Of a DNA stretch of 64,000 nucleotides, positions 27,101-35,364 are shown in pieces. Below the pieces are notes generated by a model. That model saw only the letters and a program-made list of their open reading frames with translations, ran no database searches and was not told the DNA's origin. How positions within the stretch are numbered: position 1 is the stretch's first letter; every line of letters begins with the position of its first letter. This DNA comes from Clostridia bacterium DTU025 (GTDB lineage: Bacteria > Bacillota > DTU025). Both the position numbers and the translations under genes were made by a program. Location of the stretch: assembly GCA_001513145.1 (NCBI GenBank), contig LFSP01000021.1, forward strand, positions 15,934-79,933, written 5' to 3'.

Positions 27101-28000
27101 CTATCGCTCTCGGATGGTTACATCGCCAAAGTCCACCCTGATGTGCAGGTCGCCCCGTGGCGAGCCGCTGCCGAGGGTGCCGGCGGCGAAGGTGCCCGCT
27201 CCCTGCTGCTCAAGGCGGGTGAGGGGCAGCTCAGAACTGATCCTGCCGGCTGACACCTGGGCGTCGATGTTCACGCACGTGGTCTCAGGCACGTCCAGGC
27301 TCACTCTTCCGGCGTTCACCCGGATGGTGTTGCTGGAGCCCAGCGTTCCGGCGAAGCTGACGTCTCCCATGGATGTGGCCAGGGAGAGCCTGCGGGGGAC
27401 TATGGCCGATGCCACCGAGATGGTGCCCATTGACGTGAAGGCGTCGATGTCCCCTTGGGTGTGGGCCATCCGGATGCTGCCGAAGCCGCTGGAGGCTTTG
27501 ATGTCGCCTTCGATGCCTGACACAGATATCAGGCCGGCGTCGGTGTGGAGCGTTACCGAGATGCCGTCGGGCACCGCCAGCTGCATGTCGACGCTTCCGC
27601 GACGGCGGCTCTGGGTGCTCTCAGAGTCGTCCGGGTGTTGCGCGTCTACGAGCGCGGTGGTCCCCTGCCGGCCTATGAGAAGCTCGAGATCGCGCACGAA
27701 CTCCACCGAGCCGTTGGCAGTGCCGCGCAGCAGGATGGACGAGCCGGGTTCGCGCACCACCGTGATGTCGCCTAGAGCGACGGACACGTCCAGCGAGTCG
27801 ATGCCGTCGAGGTCGATGGTTTCGTGAAAGGACCTGGACGCCTCAACGATGTCGCTGTGAAGATCGGGAATGTCGAAGAGCGCCTGAAGCCTCTGGTCAA
27901 GGAGGCGGGACCCCACCCGCCAGGTTCGCGCGGTGGTGCCGAAGGCGACCAGGGCGATCAGCGCTATTATGACGATGGCTCTGTACGAAAGCCTGTTCAC
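27101..28000 (-). CDS. DUF4097 (putative adhesin / LiaG-like) beta-rich secreted protein
   Basis: N-terminal TM/signal segment. Repetitive beta-strand segments (ISVSGIEGDIKA, GDVSFAGTLGS, GDLHIRVDFGDVTI) typical of DUF4097. Last gene of the GntR-ABC operon. Confidence 0.6.
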   Translation of the reverse strand: MNRLSYRAIVIIALIALVAFGTTARTWRVGSRLLDQRLQALFDIPDLHSDIVEASRSFHETIDLDGIDSLDVSVALGDITVVREPGSSILLRGTANGSVEFVRDLELLIGRQGTTALVDAQHPDDSESTQSRRRGSVDMQLAVPDGISVTLHTDAGLISVSGIEGDIKASSGFGSIRMAHTQGDIDAFTSMGTISVASAIVPRRLSLATSMGDVSFAGTLGSSNTIRVNAGRVSLDVPETTCVNIDAQVSAGRISSELPLTRLEQQGAGTFAAGTLGSGSPRGDLHIRVDFGDVTIRER

Positions 28001-28011
28001 GGTTCCACCTC

Positions 28012-28797
28012 CTATGCGTCCACTTCTCTATCGAGAAGCTTTCCAGTGACCAGTATCAGCGCCGCGGCGGCCGCCACCATCGGCCACAGGGGTATCATCG
28101 GCGCCACCACCCTCTCGATCCCTATGGCGTTGCGGGCGTACAGGACGACCGGAGGGTTCGGCATGAACGAGGCAACGTACATTGCCAGGGGGCTGTAGAG
28201 CGCGGCCAGGTATGCCAGGAGGCCATACACGGCGAAGGCGATGAGGCCGGCGATGCGCGGCACCAGGGTGCCCACTGCGAAGGAGAACGCGCCGGCTGCG
28301 ATGGTCATCGCCAGCCACGACAGCGCCGTGAGCAGTGCCGTAGCGGCGCTGACGGCGATCTCCCACGGTTTCATGTGGTAGAGAGGACTGTCCGGCGGAT
28401 GGAGCAGCGTCATCGTTCCGGGGCTGCGGGACGCCACCGCGAGGCTGCCCACGCCTGCCACCGCTGCCAGCAGGATGATGGCGGCGGTCGCTGCGGCAAC
28501 TTTAGCCGATACGACGCCTGCGCCGCTCACGGGGTAGCTTAGCAGTCGCAGTGACGTGTGGTGCTGCCATTCGCTGCGCATCATCATGTAGCCGGCAAGC
28601 AGGGCCACGGTGGCCAGCACCGGAAAGGGAATGCACGACACGGAGATGGCCAGGGCTTCGTTCATGAGGCTATCGGCCCATACAGGCGCTCTGTAGGCGA
28701 TGTAGGCGTCGGCTCCGGCGATGGCCACTGCCGCAACCAGCGTGAACCACTTGATGGCCATCCATTCCTTTCGAACCAGGTTCCACCATCTGCGCAC
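28012..28797 (-). CDS. ABC-2 type transporter permease
   Basis: Six predicted TM segments. Directly downstream of the ATPase on the minus strand. Confidence 0.6.
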   Translation of the reverse strand: MRRWWNLVRKEWMAIKWFTLVAAVAIAGADAYIAYRAPVWADSLMNEALAISVSCIPFPVLATVALLAGYMMMRSEWQHHTSLRLLSYPVSGAGVVSAKVAAATAAIILLAAVAGVGSLAVASRSPGTMTLLHPPDSPLYHMKPWEIAVSAATALLTALSWLAMTIAAGAFSFAVGTLVPRIAGLIAFAVYGLLAYLAALYSPLAMYVASFMPNPPVVLYARNAIGIERVVAPMIPLWPMVAAAAALILVTGKLLDREVDA

Positions 28798-28798
28798 T

Positions 28799-29491
28799 CT
28801 AGCACACCTCCGCGAATATCTCGTTCAGCGACTGGCCGCGCTCCTCGCGGAGCTGGTCCGCGTGGCCGGAGAGGACCACTCTGCCGCTGGAGAGGAACAC
28901 CACGTCCTCGAACAGTGCCTCTGATTCCAACACCTCGTGGGTGGAGATGATTATCGCCTGCTCTCCGGCGCGGTAACGCGATGCGATGGTCTGCAGGATC
29001 GCAGCGCGTGAAGGGGGATCGATGCCGGCCAGGGGCTCATCCATGAGGACCAGGTCGGCTGCCCGCGACATGGCCAGAGCCAGCTTGAGTTTGGCGCGCT
29101 GGCCCCGGGAGAGGGCCCCCACCTTCTTGCCCGGGTCGAGCTTGAGTTCGGCCAGCAGGGAGCGGGCGTCGTCCACGTCCATGTCGCCGAACATCGAGCT
29201 TTCGAACTCCATAGCCTGCCTCACCGTCATCCAGGCGTAGAAGTTGTCGACTTCGGGGACGTATGCGATGTGCCGCTTGTCGCAGGGCCTGAGCTGGCGG
29301 CCCATGAGCCTGACTGAACCTGAGGTGGGGCTGGCAAGGCCCGCGGCGATGCGGAGCAATGTCGACTTGCCGGCGCCATTTGGCCCCAGCAGGCCAACGA
29401 TCTTGCCTCGCGCCACGGCGAGGTCGATTCCGCGGAGGGCGTGGGCCATGTAATACCTCTTGTGTACTGAGTGGAATTCGAGGACGTTCAT
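28799..29491 (-). CDS. ABC transporter ATP-binding protein
   Basis: GLLGPNGAGKSTLL Walker A, LSRGQRAKLKLA signature, LVLMDEP Walker B. Start trimmed to MNVLEFHSV, overlapping the GntR stop (ATGA). Confidence 0.85.
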   Translation of the reverse strand: MNVLEFHSVHKRYYMAHALRGIDLAVARGKIVGLLGPNGAGKSTLLRIAAGLASPTSGSVRLMGRQLRPCDKRHIAYVPEVDNFYAWMTVRQAMEFESSMFGDMDVDDARSLLAELKLDPGKKVGALSRGQRAKLKLALAMSRAADLVLMDEPLAGIDPPSRAAILQTIASRYRAGEQAIIISTHEVLESEALFEDVVFLSSGRVVLSGHADQLREERGQSLNEIFAEVC

Positions 29492-29967
29492 ATGCTCGAG
29501 CCTCCATCTGTCGTGTCGGTCGCATCTCTGTGAGGGGCGCCGGGTGCGCGCTGGGCGCCTTGTGCGTGTGCGGCGCACGGGGCGTCAGCGGGTCGAACGG
29601 TGCTCGCCGCCGACAGCTCCTGGGCCACCAGCGCGATTATGTCATCGTATTCGTAGCGAAGGCGCCGCATCTCGTCTACGAATGACCGAACAGCACCTTC
29701 AGTCACCTGTTGCCTGACCTCCTTCACGATGTCGGGGTCGGCCACGATGAAAGTGCCCTGGCCCCTTTGGGTTTCTACCACGCCCATCCGTTCCAGTTCC
29801 ATGTAGGCGCGCTGAACAGTGTTGGGATTGACCTTTGCGGAGCTGGCCAAGTCCCTGACGGATGGCAACTTCTCGCCGGTGGTCAGCTCGCCGACGGCCA
29901 GATCCCACATGACTCCCTTCATGATCTGGACGTATATCGGAGTCGCCTCATCGAACTTGATGATCAT
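29488..29967 (-). CDS. GntR-family (YtrA subfamily) transcriptional regulator
   Basis: wHTH region PIYVQIMKGVMWDLAVGELTTGEKLPSVRDLASSAKVNPNTVQRAYMELERMGVVETQRGQGTF. Short C-domain typical of YtrA. Confidence 0.8.
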   Translation of the reverse strand: MIIKFDEATPIYVQIMKGVMWDLAVGELTTGEKLPSVRDLASSAKVNPNTVQRAYMELERMGVVETQRGQGTFIVADPDIVKEVRQQVTEGAVRSFVDEMRRLRYEYDDIIALVAQELSAASTVRPADAPCAAHAQGAQRAPGAPHRDATDTTDGGSSI

Positions 29968-30030
29968 GACCAACCCCCTTGGCGTTTTCTCCATCGTTTT
30001 CGGGTGAGGGCTGCGGTTTGGGAAGTAGGG

Positions 30031-30052
30031 GTGTACTAGTGCACTCATACAC
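30031..30052. promoter_or_regulatory. 22-bp palindromic operator GTGTACTAGTGCACTCATACAC between the -10 and the start of the GntR gene
   Basis: Inverted repeat with 9/11 matching arms. Typical architecture for YtrA-type autoregulation. Confidence 0.45.
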
Positions 30053-30064
30053 TATGTAAGCCCA

Positions 30065-30092
30065 TGATACTCACGCATGACGACGATGTCAA
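30065..30092 (-). promoter_or_regulatory. Sigma-A promoter of the GntR-ABC-DUF4097 operon (TTGACA-17-TATCAT on the minus strand)
   Basis: Consensus -35 and good -10 immediately upstream of the palindromic operator. Confidence 0.45.
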
Positions 30093-30289
30093 TACCTGAC
30101 CGAAAAGGCTCTCTGGCATTTTTCCGGTGATCAGGAGGGGCCGTTCAGAGAGATGGCCCAGCCCTGTGGTATTCGAAGGCACGTTTCGTGGAGGTATGGA
30201 TCGAACAATACCGAACTGTGTAATCACAAGCAGAGATAGACAAGCTATTGCCCAATACAGAAAATTACGTGCCATCGTTATGTTCCTGC

Positions 30290-30360
30290 TTGACACCGCC
30301 GAAAACGCTCTGGTATAATTCTCAGTTTATTTGACGGCTATCGCGATTTGTGGTAAGATA
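30290..30360 (+). promoter_or_regulatory. Tandem veg promoters: P1 TTGACA-18-TGgTATAAT and P2 TTGACG-17-TGgTAAGAT
   Basis: Two consecutive consensus -35 hexamers, each with an extended TGn -10. The ORF-track start at 30331 is the P2 -35 hexamer, not a real start codon. Confidence 0.5.
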
Positions 30361-30393
30361 AGTGAGACGAGGTTGGGAAGGAAGGTGAAGTCG

Positions 30394-30669
30394 TTGGCGG
30401 TTTCCAATGCGCTGGTACGGATTAAGCAGGACCTTGACGCCTATGTGGGAAGAACCGTAAGGCTCAAGGCGAATCAGGGCCGCAAACGTATTATGGAAGC
30501 CGAGGGAGTGCTCGAGAGGACGTATCCCAAGGTTTTCGTGGTCCGGATCGACGAGAATCCCAGAAGTGTAAAGCGCATTTCTTACAGCTACGCCGATGTC
30601 CTCACCTCTACGGTGGAAGTCAGCATCGATGAGTGCGGTAACGAAACGCGTATCGGGTGCACCGGATAG
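30394..30669 (+). CDS. veg: Veg (biofilm / sporulation-associated small protein)
   Basis: TVRLKANQGRKR...ERTYPKVFVVRIDEN...RISYSYADVLTSTVE is highly similar to B. subtilis Veg. Start trimmed to a TTG with GGAAGG 8 nt upstream. Confidence 0.8.
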   Translation: MAVSNALVRIKQDLDAYVGRTVRLKANQGRKRIMEAEGVLERTYPKVFVVRIDENPRSVKRISYSYADVLTSTVEVSIDECGNETRIGCTG

Positions 30670-30907
30670 TGTCAGGTGTTATAGCGCTTAGAGCCCCCGA
30701 CCGCTGGCAGCGGGTCGGGGGTTCTGCATTTGTCCCCTCACTCTTGTAACGCCCGGAGAATATAGATAGTCTGCGGCGCACGGCGCACGGCGCATGGCGC
30801 TCGTCGCACAGCGATGGGTAGCGGTGCGCCGCGGTACACAGTGGCCGCGCAGCGGCTGGCAGCGACTGACCGCGGTGCAGGCCGGCATCAGGCCGAGCAT
30901 TGGAGAG

Positions 30908-31951
30908 ATGGTTCACATGGAAACGAGCAGGCCGGTGTATACGTATCGCGGCTCCATACACGTACACAGCACCTATTCCGACGGCTTGGCCACCGTTGAG
31001 CAGATAGCCGGCCAGGCCGCGGAGGCCGGTGTGGACTTCGTGATCATCACCGACCACAACACGCTGAAAGGGCGCGAAGACGGCCTTGAGGGCTGGTACG
31101 GCGACGTGCTGATCCTGATCTCCGAGGAGATCACCCCGGATACCGATTCCAACCACTACCTTGCCCTGGGCGTGGGGCAGGCGATACCTCCTTTGCTGGA
31201 TCCTGCGGAGAACATCAGGGCGGTGCGGGCTGCGGGCGGGATCGGCATAGTGGCCCATCCAACCGGCGGCTACATGGTGCACGGCGAGTACAAGGAGTAC
31301 CCCTGGACCAACTGGCGGGCCGGGGAGTTCGACGGGATAGAGGTGTGGAATCACGCCTACGACATAACGGGAAAGTCGAAGAACCTGATACAGCTGGGGC
31401 TGTGGTGGCTTTTCCCGTGGCTGGCGCCAGCCGGGCCTGTGGACGAGGTGCTCAAGGTGTGGGACCACTTCGTGGCGTCGGAGGGGCGGCCCACTGTGGG
31501 GATCGCCGGCTCTGACTGCCACGGCATGCTCAGCTCGTACAGGAAGGGCCTTCGAAGCGTATGCACGTACATCGTGACGGAGGGGCCGCTTACAGGGTCG
31601 TTGAGCCACGATGCAGCGCTGGTGTATGCAGCGATCAGGCAGGGCAGATGCTACGTTGGCGCCGACAAGGTGCGGGACGCCGCCGGGTTCGAGTGCTACG
31701 TGAGTGTCGGGGATGAGAGGGTGCACATGGGAGGCGTCGCACGGCTCAGCCGGGCGCCGGTGCTGGTGGTGAAGAGCCCCGCTGAAGGCTTGATAAGGGT
31801 GATCCGCGACGGCCAGCTGGCGCTGGAGTGGAGAGGCATGGAGCTTGAGGCCAACATCAACGTCAGGGGCGCCTATCGGGTGGAAGTGGCGTTGGCCAGC
31901 GGGAAGAGAGATAAGCCGTGGATATACGGAAACCACATAAGGGTCGTATGA
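30908..31951 (+). CDS. PHP-domain metal-dependent phosphoesterase (CehA/McbA-like)
   Basis: HVHSTYSDG...FVIITDHNT...HP...SDCHG motifs of the PHP superfamily. Confidence 0.75.
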   Translation: MVHMETSRPVYTYRGSIHVHSTYSDGLATVEQIAGQAAEAGVDFVIITDHNTLKGREDGLEGWYGDVLILISEEITPDTDSNHYLALGVGQAIPPLLDPAENIRAVRAAGGIGIVAHPTGGYMVHGEYKEYPWTNWRAGEFDGIEVWNHAYDITGKSKNLIQLGLWWLFPWLAPAGPVDEVLKVWDHFVASEGRPTVGIAGSDCHGMLSSYRKGLRSVCTYIVTEGPLTGSLSHDAALVYAAIRQGRCYVGADKVRDAAGFECYVSVGDERVHMGGVARLSRAPVLVVKSPAEGLIRVIRDGQLALEWRGMELEANINVRGAYRVEVALASGKRDKPWIYGNHIRVV

Positions 31952-33132
31952 CGACAGAACGCCTTCAGATGGCCCTAACCGACCTGGGCTTCGATCCAGG
32001 CCCCGTGGACGGCGCCATGGGCCCCCTGACCCAGCTGGCGCTGGCGAGGTTCCAGCGGGCCTACCGCCTACGTGCCGACGGCTGCATGAGCCCTGAGACG
32101 TTGCGCCTGCTCCGGACGGAGCTTCCCAGATGCAGGCGGCTGGTTTGCGTTGGGCAGCACAGCAGTCTCGTGGGGCTGGCGGCGGAGGTGGGGGTCATGT
32201 CGCATGCCCTGGTGGAGGCGAACAGGCACAAGGCACGCGATCCCGTCTACCCAGATGAAAAGCTCACCGTGTACAGGCGGGCCGTGATACAGGCGCTGGT
32301 GGGCCCTGGGGACCTGCAGCTGTCGGAGGGCCGGGGCAGGTTCACCAGGGTGCTGGTGCCCTTGGGAAGGCTAGCAGGCGACGGCGGGGCTGAGCTGGAG
32401 CCGCTGGTGGGTGGGGAGGCGCTCTCAGCGGACTGGCCGGCGGGCGGGCCGGCGATGGGCGTGGTGGAGTTGGGCGGCCCCGCGCGGACGCAGAGGCTCG
32501 CGGTGGCCAGGGCGGTCATTGCGGCAGCAGCCCGCTGGGGGAGGGCTCCCCTTGCTGGCGTCGTGCTGCGCGACGTTGGGCTGGATCTTGAGGGAGCGGT
32601 GTTCATGGCGCAGCTTGCGTCGGTATTGGCGCGGATCAGGCGCCGATCCCACCTCAAGCTAGAGCTGGGGGCATGGATACAGCTTCCCGATGCCGGCAGG
32701 CACGTCGACCTCGAGGAGCTGGCGCAACACGTCGACTGGGTGATGGCTGAGCTGAGGGAGACCGCCGGCAGCTGGGAGCTTCTGAGCGATGCCGCGCGCA
32801 AGGCACCCAGGTGGAAGCTGGTGGCCGGGATCGACCTCCGTCCTTATCACATTGAAGACGGAAAGCCCGTGCGCATGGAATGGCGCGACTTCTCTGCGCT
32901 TCGAAAACGCCACGTCATGCGTGAATCGGTGGATCTTGAGACTGGGTTGAGGCAATTCGCCTACAGGTCGAAGGGGCGCGTGCGCCGGATGTTCACGGAA
33001 GATCGCGGCAGCCTCGCCAGGGTGCTGCACGAGGTTAACGCGTTGAACATGCTGGGGGTGGCTTTCATCGGCATGCCCCCTGACAGCGCGTGGGTCACCG
33101 AGGAGATGCTCAAGAAGTTCATTCCCATGTGA
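31948..33132 (+). CDS. Peptidoglycan-binding (PG_binding_1) domain protein with GH18-like TIM-barrel region carrying a degenerate catalytic motif (DVGLDLEG)
   Basis: N-terminal LTDLGFDPGPVDGAMGPLTQLALARFQ PG-binding repeat. Central D-x-G-L-D-L-E resembles the GH18 DGxDxDxE motif with one Asp missing. Start overlaps the PHP gene stop (ATGA). Confidence 0.45.
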   Translation: MTTERLQMALTDLGFDPGPVDGAMGPLTQLALARFQRAYRLRADGCMSPETLRLLRTELPRCRRLVCVGQHSSLVGLAAEVGVMSHALVEANRHKARDPVYPDEKLTVYRRAVIQALVGPGDLQLSEGRGRFTRVLVPLGRLAGDGGAELEPLVGGEALSADWPAGGPAMGVVELGGPARTQRLAVARAVIAAAARWGRAPLAGVVLRDVGLDLEGAVFMAQLASVLARIRRRSHLKLELGAWIQLPDAGRHVDLEELAQHVDWVMAELRETAGSWELLSDAARKAPRWKLVAGIDLRPYHIEDGKPVRMEWRDFSALRKRHVMRESVDLETGLRQFAYRSKGRVRRMFTEDRGSLARVLHEVNALNMLGVAFIGMPPDSAWVTEEMLKKFIPM

Positions 33133-33235
33133 CAGGCTGCATATGTAAATGGTGTGACGATTTTGTTACGCCATGCGGTAATTGTGTCACTATGCGGGGG
33201 CGGCTTGACCCGCCGACGCGGGGAGGGAGGACCAA

Positions 33236-34834
33236 TTGGGCATCGAGATTCAACGGAGGGCCCTTTCATTCACTGAAGTGTCAGGTCAGGGCATGGCTGA
33301 GGTCAACGTGCAGCGGTCGGCCGCCTTGCCTGGACAGTATCCTGCCTTGAATCAGGCGGAGGTGCAGCCGATCCTCTGGGCACATGGCACTGCCGTGGTC
33401 ACGTCGGCTGAGGCTGGCGACGGGACCGTGAAGGTGGCAGGGCACATTGTGTCGTCCATTGTGTACCTGCCTGAAGGACAGGGCGAAGCGCAGGTGGTGG
33501 AGCTTGCGGAACCGGTGTTTGAGGCCACAGTGGAGGTGCCGAACGCCAGGCCGGGCGACTGGGCGGAAGCCGTTGCCACACTGATCTACCTCAACGCCGA
33601 GCCCACGGGCTCCAAGGGGTTGATGCTTTCAGGGGCCCTGGCTGTGTCGGCCAGGACGTTGCGGGACCACTTCGTCGAGGTGGCGGAGTCGGCGGTTGCC
33701 GTGGGGCCGTCGAAGATCACCGTGAAGACCGAGGATGTGACGGTAGAGCGTCACGTGCCGTTGGAGCCCCAGGACGCGGTGTTGGAGGAGAGCCTGGGCC
33801 ACTGGCAAGTGGGCGACGAGGCCCAGCACAGGCCGTGCGCGGCATCGGCCAGCGTGAGAGTGGTTGGATGTGACGCGTCTGACGGTAAAGTGGTGGTGAG
33901 CTGCGAGGTGGCCGTGGAGGTTGCCTGCGTGCAGGGGTCAGGCAGGATCGTCGACATCCTGCGCAGGGAGCGGCTGCCGCTTTCCATCACGGTGGTGGCG
34001 CCTGAAGCCGGACGCGGGATGAGTGCCCGGGCCGATGCATGGGTTGAGCGGGCCAGCGCATCGGTGGACTCCGACGGCAACGTCCATGTGAAGGTGCACG
34101 TGGTGACGAGGCCCACACTGGTGGCGCACGAGAGGGTCAACGTGGTCACGGCCATACAGAGCGAGACCGCGGAGATCGTGGACGTCGACACCGTCTGGAT
34201 CGTGGGCGAACGGGTGGTGGCGGAAGGCTCAATGCAGATAGACATTGCCGACAGCGTCCCCGTGCACGCCATCGCCGGGGCCGGTGCCATCACGGGCATG
34301 GAGGAGATACGGTCCAGCCACGGCTATGTGGGCGTCACCGACGTGGAGGCTGGCGAAGGGGAGGCATCGCTCAGGGGAATCCTCGCCGTGAGGGTCATCG
34401 CCGAGGATATATTCGAAGACCAGGACGCGGAGTACACGTACGCCAAGGCCATGGACATTCCGGTGGAGTTCTCCGACACCGTCGAGATCCCCGACATAAC
34501 AAGCGCAGACAGGCTCGAGGTGCGCAGCGTCAGCCACGCTTTGGCGGCAGGCCGCGTTGGCGCCTCCAAGATGGAAGTGGAGGGCACGGTCAGGTTCGAT
34601 CTGGTGGCATACAGGCCAATCAGGGTTGCTGTGGTGAAGTCGGCATACACCATCACTCCGGTGCAGCTGGATCCGTACGCCTTGACCTTCTGCGTGGTTG
34701 GGCCTACCGACACTCTGGCCAGGATAGCCAGGAAGTACGGGGTTACAGCGGACGCGCTGGCTGCGGCGAACTCGCTTTCGCCCACCGATGCGTTGATTCC
34801 GGGAGAGAAGATCTACATACCGGCGGCGCGGTGA
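33236..34834 (+). CDS. LysM-domain protein with repeated beta-rich N-terminal domains (SpoVID/SipL-like spore-envelope candidate)
   Basis: C-terminal LysM (YALTFCVVGPTDTLARIARKYGVTADALAAANSL...IPGEKIYIP). TTG start with a strong GGGAGGGAGG RBS. Confidence 0.7.
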   Translation: MGIEIQRRALSFTEVSGQGMAEVNVQRSAALPGQYPALNQAEVQPILWAHGTAVVTSAEAGDGTVKVAGHIVSSIVYLPEGQGEAQVVELAEPVFEATVEVPNARPGDWAEAVATLIYLNAEPTGSKGLMLSGALAVSARTLRDHFVEVAESAVAVGPSKITVKTEDVTVERHVPLEPQDAVLEESLGHWQVGDEAQHRPCAASASVRVVGCDASDGKVVVSCEVAVEVACVQGSGRIVDILRRERLPLSITVVAPEAGRGMSARADAWVERASASVDSDGNVHVKVHVVTRPTLVAHERVNVVTAIQSETAEIVDVDTVWIVGERVVAEGSMQIDIADSVPVHAIAGAGAITGMEEIRSSHGYVGVTDVEAGEGEASLRGILAVRVIAEDIFEDQDAEYTYAKAMDIPVEFSDTVEIPDITSADRLEVRSVSHALAAGRVGASKMEVEGTVRFDLVAYRPIRVAVVKSAYTITPVQLDPYALTFCVVGPTDTLARIARKYGVTADALAAANSLSPTDALIPGEKIYIPAAR

Positions 34835-34838
34835 GCTC

Positions 34839-34940
34839 CGAGCGTTCCGTGGCGCTTCGCGATCTCGGGGATGGCACAACGCATGTAGTTGGAAAAAGGC
34901 AAAGCCGGCGCTGGGCGCCGGCTACCACCTTCAACTTGCG
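34839..34940 (+). repeat. Copy B of the ~100-nt repeated structured element (begins 5 nt after the LysM gene stop)
   Basis: About 83% identity to 2279-2380 with the same hairpins (GAGCGU..GCGCUU; AGCCGGCGC-UGG-GCGCCGGCU). Confidence 0.5.
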
Positions 34941-35096
34941 CAACCGGGCCGAGGCGGAAGCGGAGCTCTTTGCGTGTAGACGACCCGTGGCTGGGTCGTT
35001 GTGTCTGTTCGCCTCCGCCTGTCGAACTGTTTCCGTATTCTCCAACACTGCCTGCCACTTGCAGAGCAGCTACTCGCCGGTAACCACATCGAACGA

Positions 35097-35140
35097 GAGA
35101 GCCCCCGCCAAGCACAGGCAGGGGCTCTCTCGTGTTGATT
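35097..35140 (+). terminator. Hairpin GAGAGCCCC-N15-GGGGCUCUC followed by GUGUUGAUUUG
   Basis: 9-bp perfect stem in the intergenic region upstream of the helicase gene. Confidence 0.3.
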
Positions 35141-35364
35141 TGACGCTTACGCGCGCCGCTGGATAGGATGACGGTTTGACGTTGACAGGAGGAAGGAGGC
35201 GCCAGAGCGTCGTCTTTACATTACCTCCGCAAGCTGGCGGATACGCCTGCGCGCCTCGGAGCGCTTGGCGGCACGTGCTCAGGTAGCCTTCCCTTGCTGC
35301 GAAGCCCGGCCCCTCGTTTGCAGGGAATCCTACGGCTTCAGGAGAACAATACGTATGGCTATGA

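Noticed and set aside
30331-30393. ORF-track start of veg at 30331 (TTG)
   Set aside because: That TTG is the first base triplet of a TTGACG -35 hexamer of the second veg promoter. The Veg homology begins ~20 codons later, and a TTG with a proper RBS lies at ~30394.
33133-33235. Sigma-E/sigma-K promoter (GCATATGTAAA) upstream of the LysM gene
   Set aside because: The -10-like CATATGTA lacks the required TA at the right positions, and no acceptable -35 is at the correct spacing. Not supported.
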